Part shown: positions 24,051-36,207 of the stretch, piece by piece
Numbering within the stretch: the first letter of the stretch is position 1
Layout: every line of letters starts with the position of its first letter
Assembly: GCF_004010195.1 (NCBI RefSeq)
Contig: NC_057710.1
Coordinates: 111,236,024-111,287,845 of the forward strand
DNA: 51,822 bases
Reading direction: 5' to 3'
Source of the DNA: Chiloscyllium plagiosum
Lineage: Eukaryota
Notes under the pieces: generated by a model
Seen by the model: only the letters and a program-made list of their open reading frames with translations
Databases searched by the model: none
Told to the model about the DNA's origin: nothing
Position numbers and translations under genes: made by a program

Positions 24051-25654
24051 ATAATTTTCTTGAGAGGTTTTCTGTTGGTATTTTCACTGTAAAATTCACA
24101 TCTACAAGTACTTCATTGTTCTTTTGTGTCCTCATAACATCCTCCGCGTTCCCTGAACCTCTGTTGTTGAAATATGTTTCATTTAGCCTTATCACCTCAC
24201 CTAAGTAACTGTTTAGCATGTGTAAGTCGAAACAGTAGCACTATCCATTCCTAATAAGTTATTTTGATTGCCCCCGTAACATCAGCAGATTTCCCATTAC
24301 TGCAATTACATTCCAGCCAATCAGAAGAATGCACAGAAAGCTCTAGAAGTTCTACTTTTAGTTCCATCATGGAAGTTAACACATCAAGTTTAATGGTGCT
24401 GTCAATTTGGCATCGTTTTTACACATTTGGGAATAACTGTCCGTCAACTAAACTAAGAAGGAAATGGTCTGAAAGTTAGTTTAATATCAACTGACTTTCA
24501 TTTTCCCTCTTCCAATTGGTGCTCCTTTAGATTTCGACCTGTTAATTGCGATTGAGCGTGATACATTGAACAGAAGATTCCAGATGCGCAGACCTTGTGT
24601 GATACATATGAAATACAATGGGTAATTTTAACTCCACTACCAATCACCGTCACACATTGAGGGAAAACCAAGCATCAGCACCTCTTTTTTCGAATAGATT
24701 TCATTTCAGATCACTCCCTGATCTTTAGTGGCAGATTCTTGCTGTCACCTATAGAGTAAATGGATAAAATCAAAGAACAGTGACAATTTCTTTGTAGAAA
24801 AGTAGCAACTAGTAACCATTGAGTAATATAAAGATTTCTTATGGAGACTACTTCTAGCATTTGTTTAAGTGCATTCTAAAACAATAGTGAACAGCAGCAA
24901 TCTCCAGCATCCTTGGCAGCTCCATTTCCACATTCCAACAGTAAAATCCAGGCTAATGTTTCAAAGAGACGGAACCAGTTCAGAGATCCACTAATGTGAT
25001 ATGGTAGTAGAACAAATACAGTGAAATAATCACAGTGCAGCACTCGTTTGAATACAGCCTACATGTTAACATACAATGCAGGCTACATTGAAATCTACCT
25101 TACTTTATTGATACATTAACTGAAATAAATCAATGAAAGCTCTTTACTCAGCAAAATGTACACAGTGAGTTCTTCCAAATTAAACCATTGACTGCACTTT
25201 CTAATACAAAATAATAGGAGACAAGTTGAAGAGTCAGTGTGTACTGAAACAACTGTACGTGTACAAACATCAGAAATTAGAACATCTAATCTGACTGAGC
25301 CCTGAAATCTTGCAAGAAGTTATACATGGGATACAATGCAAACAATACTGACACATTTAACATTCATTTCAGTTCAGATGTGCTGTCCTTTACCCAAGTT
25401 AAAATTTAATGACTACTCCAACTGGTTTCTGGGATTCATCAACTGGTAGTTAAAAAGGCAAAAGAATCAAGGAACTCTGTTGATACTTCTGTAAAATGCA
25501 ATAATATATTGCAATACTTTGAAAATGGAACAGTTACTGTAGTGTAATGTCAGGGATCACTTTTCATTAGCTGTTCACAAACAAATGTCCCATAATATGG
25601 TTCATCATTCACTGGTGCTGAATAACACTTCCAGTACAGAAACTCACCCAGAAT

Positions 25655-25848
25655 CTTTCAACAGTACCTTAAAAAACCCCCATGAATTCAACCATCTGGA
25701 ATGACAAGAACAGCAAAATCATGAGAAGACCATCACTTATGAGTTACTCTCCAAGCCACTATCCTAATGTGAAACTATATCGTTACTTCTCCAGTATTGC
25801 TGGATCAAAATCCTGGAACTTATTTTCTAACAGCGCTGGATGTACCTT
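25655..25848 (+). mobile_element. LINE 3' region fragment (same family as 45340-46131)
   Basis: CTCCAAGCCACTATCCT...AAAATCCTGGAAC...CTAACAGC aligns by eye with 46010-46100. Confidence 0.7.
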
Positions 25849-25849
25849 T

Positions 25850-26075
25850 TGATTCACATGATATGGGTATCATTAGATATACAACATTTATTGTCCATCT
25901 CTAGTTGCCTGTGAGAACTTGGGGGCATGGTATGCTGCCTACTTGAACATGCGTAGTCCATGTGGTGTAGGCACTCCCACAGTGCCAGTGTGGCCTAAAT
26001 GTTACTTGCCACTTGTCAGCCCGAGCCTGGATATTGTTCAAGTCTTGTTACATTTGAACATGAACTGTTTCAGTA
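25850..26075 (-). mobile_element. Internally deleted LINE fragment with 3' terminus (same family as 45340-46131)
   Basis: The minus strand reads QDLNNIQARADKWQVTFRPH (cf. QELCNTQTWAEKWQVIFVPH at ~45440-45500), then jumps to the terminal CCACATGGACT...CAACTAGAGATGGACAATAAATG. Confidence 0.7.
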
Positions 26076-27360
26076 CAGCCTTCAGTTGAGAGTCTGGTAA
26101 GTGGTTACGATCTATGCTGCTCTCAAAGTTTCAAATAGTATAGAAATTGGTGACTAATAAAATACATTAAAATGGAAAAGGCATAATTGAAAGAAGTAAT
26201 TAAGTAATTCATTAAAATACATTACAGTTGTCATGGCAGGTGATGCGCCACTGCTGTAGCATATGGACGCCAATTGGATCCAATTCAAGCATATCTTCTG
26301 GAAGTGCTTTTGGCTCAAGAAGCTTCACTTTAGAGTTATTAAGCTCGAGGCTAGGCTTACAGACACTATGACACATCAGAGAGAAGAAAGTAACCTGGAT
26401 ATTTTGTAATAGGAGGCAGTCAAACCTCTTAGGATAAAGATTTCTGATTTAATCAGTGATCAGGGACAGGAGAGTGTGGATGCAGCCTAGGTAGATACAG
26501 TAGGAGTGCAGGAGTCTCATCCTTTGTAATTGTCCACCAGAGATTTGAGTTCTCTCAGCATTTTTGGTTGAGAGTGGGTCTGTTGGGTGAATGAGTTAAA
26601 TGACCAAAGCACACAGTATGAGCCACCATTCAAGTGGATAATAGTGACAGCAGGAGACAGTAGAGTAAAGAGGATATTGTTCTCTGCAGCAAACAGTGAA
26701 AATCCAGAAAGCTGTGTATCTTGTCTGATACCAGGGATTGCCACATCTGCTCGTGGCTAGAGAGGAACGTGCAGTGGGAGGATCCAATCATTGTGGTCCA
26801 TGCAGTTACCAGTGACATAGGTAAGTCAAGGAAAAAAATATCTGCATAGTCAATCTGAGAAAATAAGCATTTAATTAATAAGCAGACCTCAAGGCTATAA
26901 TTGTTGGGTATCTGAGCCAGTGCAAATTTGCATTGGGGAAATAAGACAAGACGAATGAATGTATGAATCAAGGACTGGACTGAGACAGGTCAGTTCCAGT
27001 TTGTGGGGCAGTGTCATGAATTCTGGGGAATGCAGAAGTTGTACAATTGAGTCAATATTAGAACTACACTGGGGACAGTATTTGCCTGAGCTGCATAACT
27101 TGGGAAGTACAGAAGGCTTAAAACCAAATAGCGGGGGCAAGGCATCAACTTTGGAAATGCAATAAGTCAAACAGTAGACAAGGCAAGAGAGAAAGGTATT
27201 AATATGGGAAACAATAAATCGTGACGGGAGGAGATAGACAGTACAAATTAAATAGAAAATAAATAGATAATATTAGAGAATATAGAAATTATAAAAGGAT
27301 AAAACTAAAATCTCTGTATCTAGCTTCAAGTATTATTTAAAACGGAATAAACTAATATCT

Positions 27361-28039
27361 TTATTCTTCCACAGGAGCAGGCATTGCTGCTAAGGTCAGC
27401 ATTTGTTACCTGTTCAGATTTGCCTCTTGAACTGACCGGCTTGTTAAGCCATTTTAGAAGGAAGTTAGGAGTCAATCCTTCCTGTTGGTCTGCAGTCACA
27501 AAGAAGCTAGATATAAGGATGGCAAATTTCCCTCCCTAAAGGACATCCATGAACCAGCTTTGTTGCTAACGACAAAAGATGATAGTGCCACGCTCACTAT
27601 TCCGATGAATTCACGCACAGTGGCTCAGTGGTAAGCATTGCTGCCTCACAGCATCAGGGTTCAATTCCAGCTTCGGGTCAATGTGGAGTTTGCACATCCT
27701 CCCTGTGTCTGCGTGGGTTTCCTCCGGGTGCTCCGGTTTCCTCCCACAGTCCAAAGTTGTGCAGGGCAGGTAAATTGGCCATGCTAAATTGTCCATAGTG
27801 TGAGATGTAACAGTCAGCAGAGAATGAGTCTGGGTGGGTCATTCTTTGGAGGGTCAGTGTGGACTTGTTGGGCCGAAGGGCCTGTTTCCACACAGTAGGT
27901 AATCTAATCTAATCAATTCCAGGTTTAATAACTGAATTTAAATTCCATCAGCTGCCATGATGGGATTTTGGTCCATGTCCCCACAGCATTAACCAAAAAT
28001 TCAGGATTTCTCACCCAGGGACATCACAACCATGCCAGC
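27361..28039 (-). mobile_element. SlmI-like SINE inserted in the CR1 and split by an HE1 SINE
   Basis: The halves 27361-27614 and 27915-28039 are colinear with the 7895-8251 copy. Confidence 0.75.
27615..27914 (+). mobile_element. HE1-type V-SINE (nested)
   Basis: Intact V-domain TGTGGAGTTTGCACATCCTCCCTGTGTCTGCGTGGGTTTCCTCCGGGTGCTCCGG, (AATCT)n tail, possible AATTC target duplication. Confidence 0.93.
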
Positions 28040-30636
28040 ATGTTCATGCAAATGGAAATTTATCAATATAATCCAATACCCATCCCAAAGCAATGGCTAC
28101 AGAATGCCATAGATCAGCATTTAAATTCTGAAGAGTGCAACATGCTCTGGACTAGCCAGAAAGCAACTTGACCCGGTACTTCACAATGAGCTACATTTAC
28201 CTTATAGTGAGGGTGCACCTAGGCATTGGTGATCATAAACAATTGAACATTACATTCAGTTTGAAAGTGAGAAACTTAAATAAGAATGATTATAAGAGCA
28301 TGAAAGCAGAAATAGCTAAATTGAATTGCCAAAGTAAGTTGTGGGATAAGTCAACAGAGATACAGTGGCAGATATTTAAGGGGATATTTCAGGAAACATA
28401 GGACGAAGATATTCAACAAGAAAGAAAAGTATCAAGCAGAGGACCTATAAACTGTAATCAGCTATAAAAGTTAGTGATAGGTTCAAACTTAAAGCAAAAG
28501 TATACAATTGCACAAAAATTAGCATCAGTTGTGATGTTTCTGACAGAATGTAAAATGCAGCAAAAATGACTAAAAATTACATTATGAGAGAAAGCTGGTT
28601 CGAAATATAAAAAAAATAGTAAGAGTTTATATTGATGCCTAAAAAAGAAAATATTTAACAAAGCAAGTGTTGATGGTAAAGAAGCTGAATCTGCAGATTA
28701 AATAATAGATAATAAGGAGATGGTGGATGAATTGAAATGAATTGGTATTTTGCATCAGTCTTCACCGGAGGGAATATTAGAAACATCCATGAAATACTTA
28801 AAATCAGGAAATGAGATGGAGGGAGGAATTCAAAATTTTAGAATTTCTAGGCAAGTGGTACTGAGCTAATTATTTTGGAGCTACAGGCTGACAAATCCCC
28901 AGGTTCTGATGGACTTCATCTAGTGCAGGGACATTACAATCATACTACCACGTTCAGGCAAATGGAAATGAATCAATATAATCTTATAAATGCATGGCTA
29001 ATGGGATAGTTGATGTGTTAGATTTAGTTTTATTTTTCCAAAATGCCCTACATTCAGGGAAAAGCCCATTAGGTTGATAAACAGGGAATGTAATTCCTTT
29101 ATTTAAAAAGGAAGGGAGATAGAAAACAGGAAACTACAGCCAGCTAGATTAACATATGTCCACCTGTTAAATGTTAAAAGCTATTTTTCAAGTTGTAAAC
29201 TTCCAAAATGCAGGATACTTAAAACCATTGAAAATAATTAAGAAGACTCAGCATGGTTTTCTGAAAGGGAAATCATATATAACCAATTCATTAGAGTTCT
29301 TTGATGAAGTAATTTGTTGATAAAGAAGAACTGAAGGATTTACTGTCCTTAAGATTTCTAGAAGACATTTGATAACATGCCACATCAAAAGATACTGCAG
29401 AAAATACAATGCATGCTGTAAGGGGTAACATACTGGCAATGGACAGAAGATTGCCTCACTGACGGGAAACAGAGTAGTCCTAATTAGACTTCTTCTATTT
29501 GGCAAGAAGTAGCGAGTTGTATGTCACAAGGATTAATGCTGCAGCCCCAAATGAATGCAATTTATATAAATGATTTGGATGAAGCAACCAAAGGTATAGC
29601 TGTTAAATTTGTTGACACAAAGATGAGTAGGAACTTAAGTTGAGAAGAGGATATTAAGAGACTACATAAGTAAATGGATAGGTTAAATGAGTGGGCAAAG
29701 ACCTGTAAAATAAAGTATAACCTGTGAAAGTGTTAAATTATCCATTTTGACAGGAAGAATAAAAAGAAGTGTATTATTTAAAAAGGTCAGAGATTGCACA
29801 GCTCAGAGATGCAAACGGATCTGGATGTTCAAATGCATGAATCATAAAAGGTTAATCTGCACAACAAGGAAGGAAGGATAGCTAATACACTATCATTGTT
29901 TATTGCAAGGGGAGTTGAATAAGAAATATAGGGAGGTTATGCTTCAGTTACGCAGGACATTAGAGAGACCACATCTCAGATAGAATGTAAAGTATTGTCT
30001 CCTTGCTTAAGAAAGCTTGTGAATGCATGAGAAGCAGTTCATGGAATGTTTTGTTGTATAATACCCAAAACATGCAAGTTATCTTATGAAGAAGGGTCAG
30101 GATGCTCAAGCATTTATTGGAGTACAGAAGACTAGGATTCTGAAGGATCTTAAAGACATCTTAGATGTGGAAAAGATATTTGATCTTCTGAAAGAACCAA
30201 AAACTAGGGGGCACTGTTAAAAATAGGAGATTGACCATTTAAAATGGAGATGAGGAGAATTATTTTCTCGCAAAACATAGCGAGCCTTTTGGAAGTTTCT
30301 TATTCTAAAGGCAGTGGGAGCCGAGTTGTTGAATATTTTTAAGGTTGAGGGAGAGATATTCTTGACAGGGGGTGAAAGGTTATGGGAGTAGGTGGGCGTG
30401 TGACGTAATCAGATCAGCGTGATTTTATTGTATGGTGCAGCTGGCTCGAGTGACTGAGCGGTTTACAACTATTGCAAAATTATCATATGGAGTAACTATT
30501 AGACACCAAGTTAATTATCGGACACTTTGTCCAAGTAACTATTGATTACCTCATCCTAGCAAGTATCTGACTCTTTGTTGTAGTAACCAATGAATTTCCC
30601 ACCATCTATCAGATACTTCTTACAAAGATGTCACAT

Positions 30637-31769
30637 GGGCTGAATCTTAACAGGGTGTGAGGGATGTGGGAAATCGCGAGATTTGTGGGAGAACTGGTTG
30701 AAAAATGTGGCGAAGCTAATATCATGGTTGAGAACACCTCCTTCTTTTATTCATGTTTTTGCTGAGTGATGAGGCAAGTTTCTCACTCAGTATCATCCTC
30801 ACCATTTTTGCTCTCCCTCCCCAGCCAGAGATATGGGACTCATATTAAAGTTGTCTTGTCTTACTGTTTTGTGTAGACATTAAGAAAAGAAGATTGAGAT
30901 AGTTCTCATCAGCCCCCAGTCATGTCAGTGTCTTTGCTCAGGGGGGTCAAGCAGAGTGGGTCTAAGGTAGCCTCCAATACCATTCCAGGGGCTTGAAATA
31001 GTCTGTCAGATACTTTGGGGTGGTCAGCATCAAGATGCTCTGGTATCAGGGGTGAGGAGCTGAATGTGGGGCAGTGTGCTGAAAGTGTGAGTAGGCAGTG
31101 TGAAGGGCATGCAGGGTTAGTGGTGTCAGGGTTTGAGATGGGTGACGGCAACTGAGGGAAGATGCAGAATTTGTGAGAATGGCAAAGTGTGAGCCTCATT
31201 GGGAGACAGTGTGAGTGTGAGGTATCACAGAGGGGGTGGTGGCACTCACTCTGGCAGAGTTGGGAAGGACATTGACCTTTGTCCTACAGTGCTAGCCAAT
31301 TCTTTTGATGGCTGAAACTGCATTAACAGGGCTGGCAACCTCAGATTAGGCAGGCCTCGTTTTGTGGCATCCATTGCTGATGCTAAGGGAAGAGGAAGTC
31401 CCAACTTGACGTCATCCCATCCAGTGGGATCTCTAGGACCATGCCCACAAAATGGATCCGCGATTTCCCCATCTTCCATGTCTGGAAAGTCAGGAAGCAT
31501 ATAGGTGCACAATGGGCTTTTAAAGATAGCGTGGACACAAGGGATGCTGGTGAATTCTGGCATACCTGCTGAGTGCTGAGTCTTTCTGGGAAAGACGCTT
31601 GGGAAAATGGGGCTGGATGTGGACATGATGGTCACCATAGGGACGTTAATATGTCATTAATGAGGTGAGGTTGGTGATACAGTGAGAAAATATTCTAGGC
31701 TTCATGACAAAAAAAACTTCAAAAAACCTGATACAAGTCAGTCTGAGCAAATAAAAGTAAAATTAGCCC
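30637..31769 (-). mobile_element. Non-autonomous PIF/Harbinger-type DNA transposon with a Myb/SANT-like exon relic
   Basis: Imperfect TIRs GGGCTGAATCTTA (30637) and GTAAAATTAGCCC (31757-31769). Minus strand ~31472-31250 translates across a frameshift as HFVGMVLEIPLDG...DFLFP / EVASPVNAVSAIKRIG*HCRTKVNVLPNSAR, then a GTGAGT donor. Confidence 0.65.
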
Positions 31770-33787
31770 TTTGTGTTTTATGAGCTATCACAGTGAGGTT
31801 GATATAGTTCATATACACACAAGGCAGCTACTGCACCAAACAACAGGACTTACTATTTTATTCTCAAACAGCAATAATGTATTGGAAAATTTTTAATGGG
31901 GTCCTATTGCCCTGTTAAAGTGACAAGGTCATCACTAAAACAATGTTTGTATGAAATAAATACCATCATATTTCAAAACTTCTGTACCTGTTTTCTGAAC
32001 GAACAACACGTCAGTTATAAATCTGCAATATAAAAATCCAACATTTTCAAATGAAACACTTAATAATGATCAAATATTGGAATCTAGAGTATTTATCTCT
32101 ATAGTCAGAGAGTTCATGAGCATGTTCAAGTGAGATTAAGTAATTCAGCACAGATGCAGGATAGGGGCATTTCTATTTTCAGTGTAAAACAGACAAGCTC
32201 ATGTGAACTGCTGTGACAAAATGTCAGATTGATTGTTCTCTTAAAAGATGCTGGTTGCCCTGCTGTTTGTTTCTGACATTTTCTGATTCTTTTGTTTCAA
32301 TGTTCCATTATCTATAGTTTTGTTCCTTTTTATCTCCCTGATTCAGTGCTGGAGAGGCCAGAGCAGCTCAATCATTGGTATTAGCATTATAATAATGCCA
32401 ATCCAATCAGACAGCAGATAATGAAATGGTCTGCATTTGTCTTTTCTGCTACACAAAACGTTATATTTAACATCACAGAAAACTCTTTCGGTATGCGCTA
32501 TGTGATGGAACATGTGAAATAAAAATCGTGAAAGGTTCAGTCTGTCTGCAACACTCCTTCTTTAGCAGCCAAGTATTAAGGAATGAATCAACCTGTCAAT
32601 TCTGCTCTTCCCTCAGCCTAATGTTTATACACACTTCACCCAGTATGTAATTATATACCAAGTGCAGTCTATAATTAATGAAAGTGCGATTCAGTTAAAT
32701 GTGGCAATGTTTCGTATCTCTTGCCACATTGAATGTCTAACGTGCTTGCCATCCCATTCACATCATCCTGGTGACATGGTTACTGGCAGGGTGATATTTT
32801 AATTTCAGCAGTTTTTAGTGCTTTGATGCTGAAAGTTTATGATGGTAGTACGTTAAGTAGTTTTCAGAAAACAGAAACACACTGTAACTTCAGACACATC
32901 TGTTTTCATTGCACCGTAACATAAGAGCACCACATGGATATGGACTTTTATTACTCACACCAAATAAGGAGAGAGAAGCACAGCTCATTCTAGCTGTTTA
33001 CACCATTCAGAAAGCATTTCCTTTTAATCTTTCTACAGATTCCGTACTTCTCAAGCCAGCTTCATGCTTCAGGCTTTGGGGGTGATTATCTTCTCCTGAG
33101 ATTAACACTATATGCAATGTTTTATTTGACTGGATTCTCAAACAACATTTCCCAAGAACTTTGAGTCACATATACTTTGATCATTATTTGAATCATGAAA
33201 TCCTTCCTATAGAAATTGATAATATCTTAAATGAAGGAAACCATGATGCTTTCATCCTATTCTCTGAGTTCAACAGCACCAGTACTAGTACCAGCTCTTG
33301 TACTCTGCCCAGATGGTAATCATTGAAGTGGGAGCATTTGTAGGCGATTTGACTGGAATAAGCACTACAACTGGGACTGAAATCAGATTTATTTCTCATT
33401 ATCACATCACATAGTGAAGGGAAGAAAATTTAGAGCCACCTTTGCACAATGTTTCCTTGGTCTTTCCCAGGTCAGGAGGTGGAGACTCTCATTGAAGGAG
33501 CAACTGGCTGAAACTACCACTAGTTGGATGCTGGAATCTTGTGGATAATTTGTATTTTATGATGCCATTTAGGGCTGGATGTGAATACTCGAAGCATTAC
33601 ACGCTGTAACCTGACTATCCATACATTCATCATGGAGGTTGAGCTGATTTTACTGACATGGTACACCAAAACAGGATTAGATGGTCTAAATTCCCTTGGT
33701 TAGTAAACAAAACATTTGACCCATTGTCCATTCTGAAAAATCAATATGTTTTCTTTCTCAATAGATGCCCCGAAAAACTCTTTCCGC

Positions 33788-34653
33788 TGTGATGTAAGGT
33801 GTGTGATTTATAATTTATTATAGATTTTGGATTTTGAACTAATGGTATATGGGTTTTGTTGTGTGTGAATGCGGGACTTTCATATATTAGTCTGTCAGTA
33901 CTTTGTGAATTTAATAAAAAGAAACACAGTATGGGAGATAGACTACCTGGAATGGAAAAGGAGTGTTGGGAGTGTTTTATGAGCAGACATTGAAGAGCAT
34001 TCGGTTGCTTTCAGTTAGAAAGATCAGGTATAGATTTGTTTGTTTTTGCTTAGGGAATCACCCAAAGCTTGGAAGGTTTTGGTTTTAGTTCTCAGAAGTT
34101 GCAGAGTTACAGATATAAAACCATTTCTGAGAGAAATGAGTTAGTTCAGAAAAGGTCAGAAATATGTTACCACAGGGCAAGGATTTTAGGTCTGAAGTTC
34201 CAGTATTTGGTTTGAACTCTGAAGAAGTTATTTGAAGCTGAAAATATCTAAACTCAGTTATGTGAATAGTCAAGGAACATGGTATCAAACTTTGAAAATC
34301 AGGAATTGAAGAAATAATTTAGTTAAGTCAATAGATGTGATAGAGAAGCAGACTCTTCCTAATGTTTAACTACAGTAAAGAGATGCTGCTCAGTAGATGG
34401 GATTGTATTTTTCCATGTATTTCAAAATCTTCCAATTTGTAAGATATGCAAATAGTTTATTTATTATATTTTATCCACATTTCATTTGTGAAATAAACTT
34501 CTGATCTTTTGATAAAATCAAATCAATATGGTTGTGTGTTTACGTTTCAGTGAAAGACCATTAAATACAAACAAAACAAAATATGATCTATCAAGCCAGA
34601 TTTCAGTAAGGGATCAAACTTGGTTGGTAATAATATCAGCTTAGATTATAACA
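33788..34653 (+). mobile_element. Probable solo LTR (866 bp)
   Basis: Starts TGTGAT and ends ATAACA (TG...CA with a short inverted terminus). AATAAA at ~34492 and a strand-skewed composition unlike the flanks. No clean target-site duplication. Confidence 0.5.
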
Positions 34654-35177
34654 CTATTCACATCTTCCAGGAAGATGTGATGGTGTAATTATGTATCTCT
34701 CTGCAGCTACTTGTCAGTGTTGACCCTTCAATGGCAATTTAACATTTGACCTTTAGGTTGTGAGTCAAGTGCTCAATCGGTTGAAAAAATGGCTTGTCTT
34801 TATACAAGCCCTTTACACTACAGGGATTAGGCTGCTTTATACATCCGCATTGTCTGATGTCTTATTTACAATGTCATCGGCTTCTTCAGCAACCCTGCTA
34901 CAAAGTCGGCCTATTCTTTTGAATCTGTTCAGCCTGACACCAAAGGACAATATCATGAGCAGCCAATAGCTTTGACAACTAGGAGCAAAATGTTTTCCCA
35001 TTCAAACCACTGGGTTTACCAACCTGACTACTTCAAAGACACAAGTAGTTTTAAAAAGGGTCATAATATTATAAGCAAAATATCAGGGTGAATCAATACA
35101 GGGGTATAATCCCTGACTAAAACGGTTCAAAAAAAACTTTTAGTGTCACAAAGTTTATCAAGTCATTACTCTCTCGG

Positions 35178-35423
35178 GTTTCCATGACAATTAGGAGCCA
35201 AGGTTGACAGAGAAAATGCATAGGGCTCATCTACAGCTGTCTCATGCTAGCAGAGCCAAGAGATTAAAATCCACCTCATAGAACACAGCCAAGCAACTTC
35301 CCTCACGTCTGCGTAAATTACCTTCGGAGTCTTCCTAGTGTTGGAAACCAGCAATAGATATCATGGCAACTCATGAGCTGAGTAATGATTTTGATTTGAC
35401 AAGGCGACAGTAACCGTAGCAAC
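35178..35423. promoter_or_regulatory. Cluster of three RFX X-box-like motifs (candidate promoter/enhancer)
   Basis: GTTTCCATGACAAT (35178-35191), GATATCATGGCAAC (35357-35370), GTAACCGTAGCAAC (35410-35423). Confidence 0.45.
35322..35374 (-). CDS. Candidate first coding exon MSCHDIYCWFPTLGRLR(R), phase 2
   Basis: ATG at 35374 and donor GAAG|GTAATT, inside the X-box cluster. Weak Kozak context and no recognised homology. Confidence 0.25.
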
Positions 35424-36105
35424 AGTAACCTGTGAAGCCTGCACAGCCATTGTTGGATTCAATACAGCAGAGGCCAGAGAGACCAAGAAGAAAATGAAGC
35501 AAAGAACTATGCCATCTGACATGCCTAGTGTCCTGCACTTTAATCATAGCTGGGAGAAATTAATTCCAGTGGATTCTTAAGATGGTTCCCTGTGTTGCTC
35601 CTGCTTTTGTTATAGATTGCAAAATCCCCAATCCCGTAAACTGTCAGACTCAAAATAAATATTTTCATTTTCAGGAAATACTCCTTCAGAATGACACATT
35701 TGTCTCCTTCCTGTTACAAATCACTTATCTGTGTTACTTGGTCTCATTCCATCAGCATTAAATGAAAATGTGATTAAGATTTCATAAATGAAAAACATTT
35801 ATAAGTTCTACGCACTAATGTTTCTTTAAAACATACATCAACTTTATTTCCCTGATGTACCACAGGTGGCATCTTGCACTGACCTAGTCTTCCACGTGCA
35901 GTGGCAGTCACGGGGAAACCTTTCACCCCTCTACAACATGAATCTTGTCAAACTGCTGAATGGTCCCCAGCATCACAAGTGAAACTTACTGAAGCCTTGG
36001 ACACAATCAGTTATGGAATATTAATTTCAAGTAAAGAAATCAATTAGGCTTTCACTCTGCAGAGTTTACATTATAAACAGAATTGAGAAGCTAAAGGGAA
36101 AAATC

Positions 36106-36207
36106 GACTTGTATTTTACATAGCACTTTATATGATTACTGGCCATCTGATTGTACTTTGCAGCCAATGGAATACTTTTAGAAATGTAGTCAATGTTGTA
36201 ATGTACC
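36106..36207 (-). mobile_element. DeuSINE/LINE-type 3' tail remnant
   Basis: The minus strand reads ACATTACAACATTGACTACATTTCTAAAAGTATTCCATTGGCTGCAAAG, matching the SacSINE1-type tail as I recall it. Confidence 0.55.

Larger units (their letters stand above)
26100..30470 (+). mobile_element. Decayed near-full-length CR1 LINE (ORF1 zinc-finger/SGNH-esterase-like; ORF2 endonuclease end + RT), interrupted by SINEs
   Basis: ORF1 remnants IVTAGDSRV (~26641) and DPIIVVHAVTSDIG (~26781; cf. DPVVVVHVGTNDIG). ORF2 remnants HLGIGDHK (~28215), ADKSPGSDGLH (~28887), GNY (~29129), QHGFLKGKS (~29249), then a CR1-like 3' UTR. Many stops. Confidence 0.85.
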
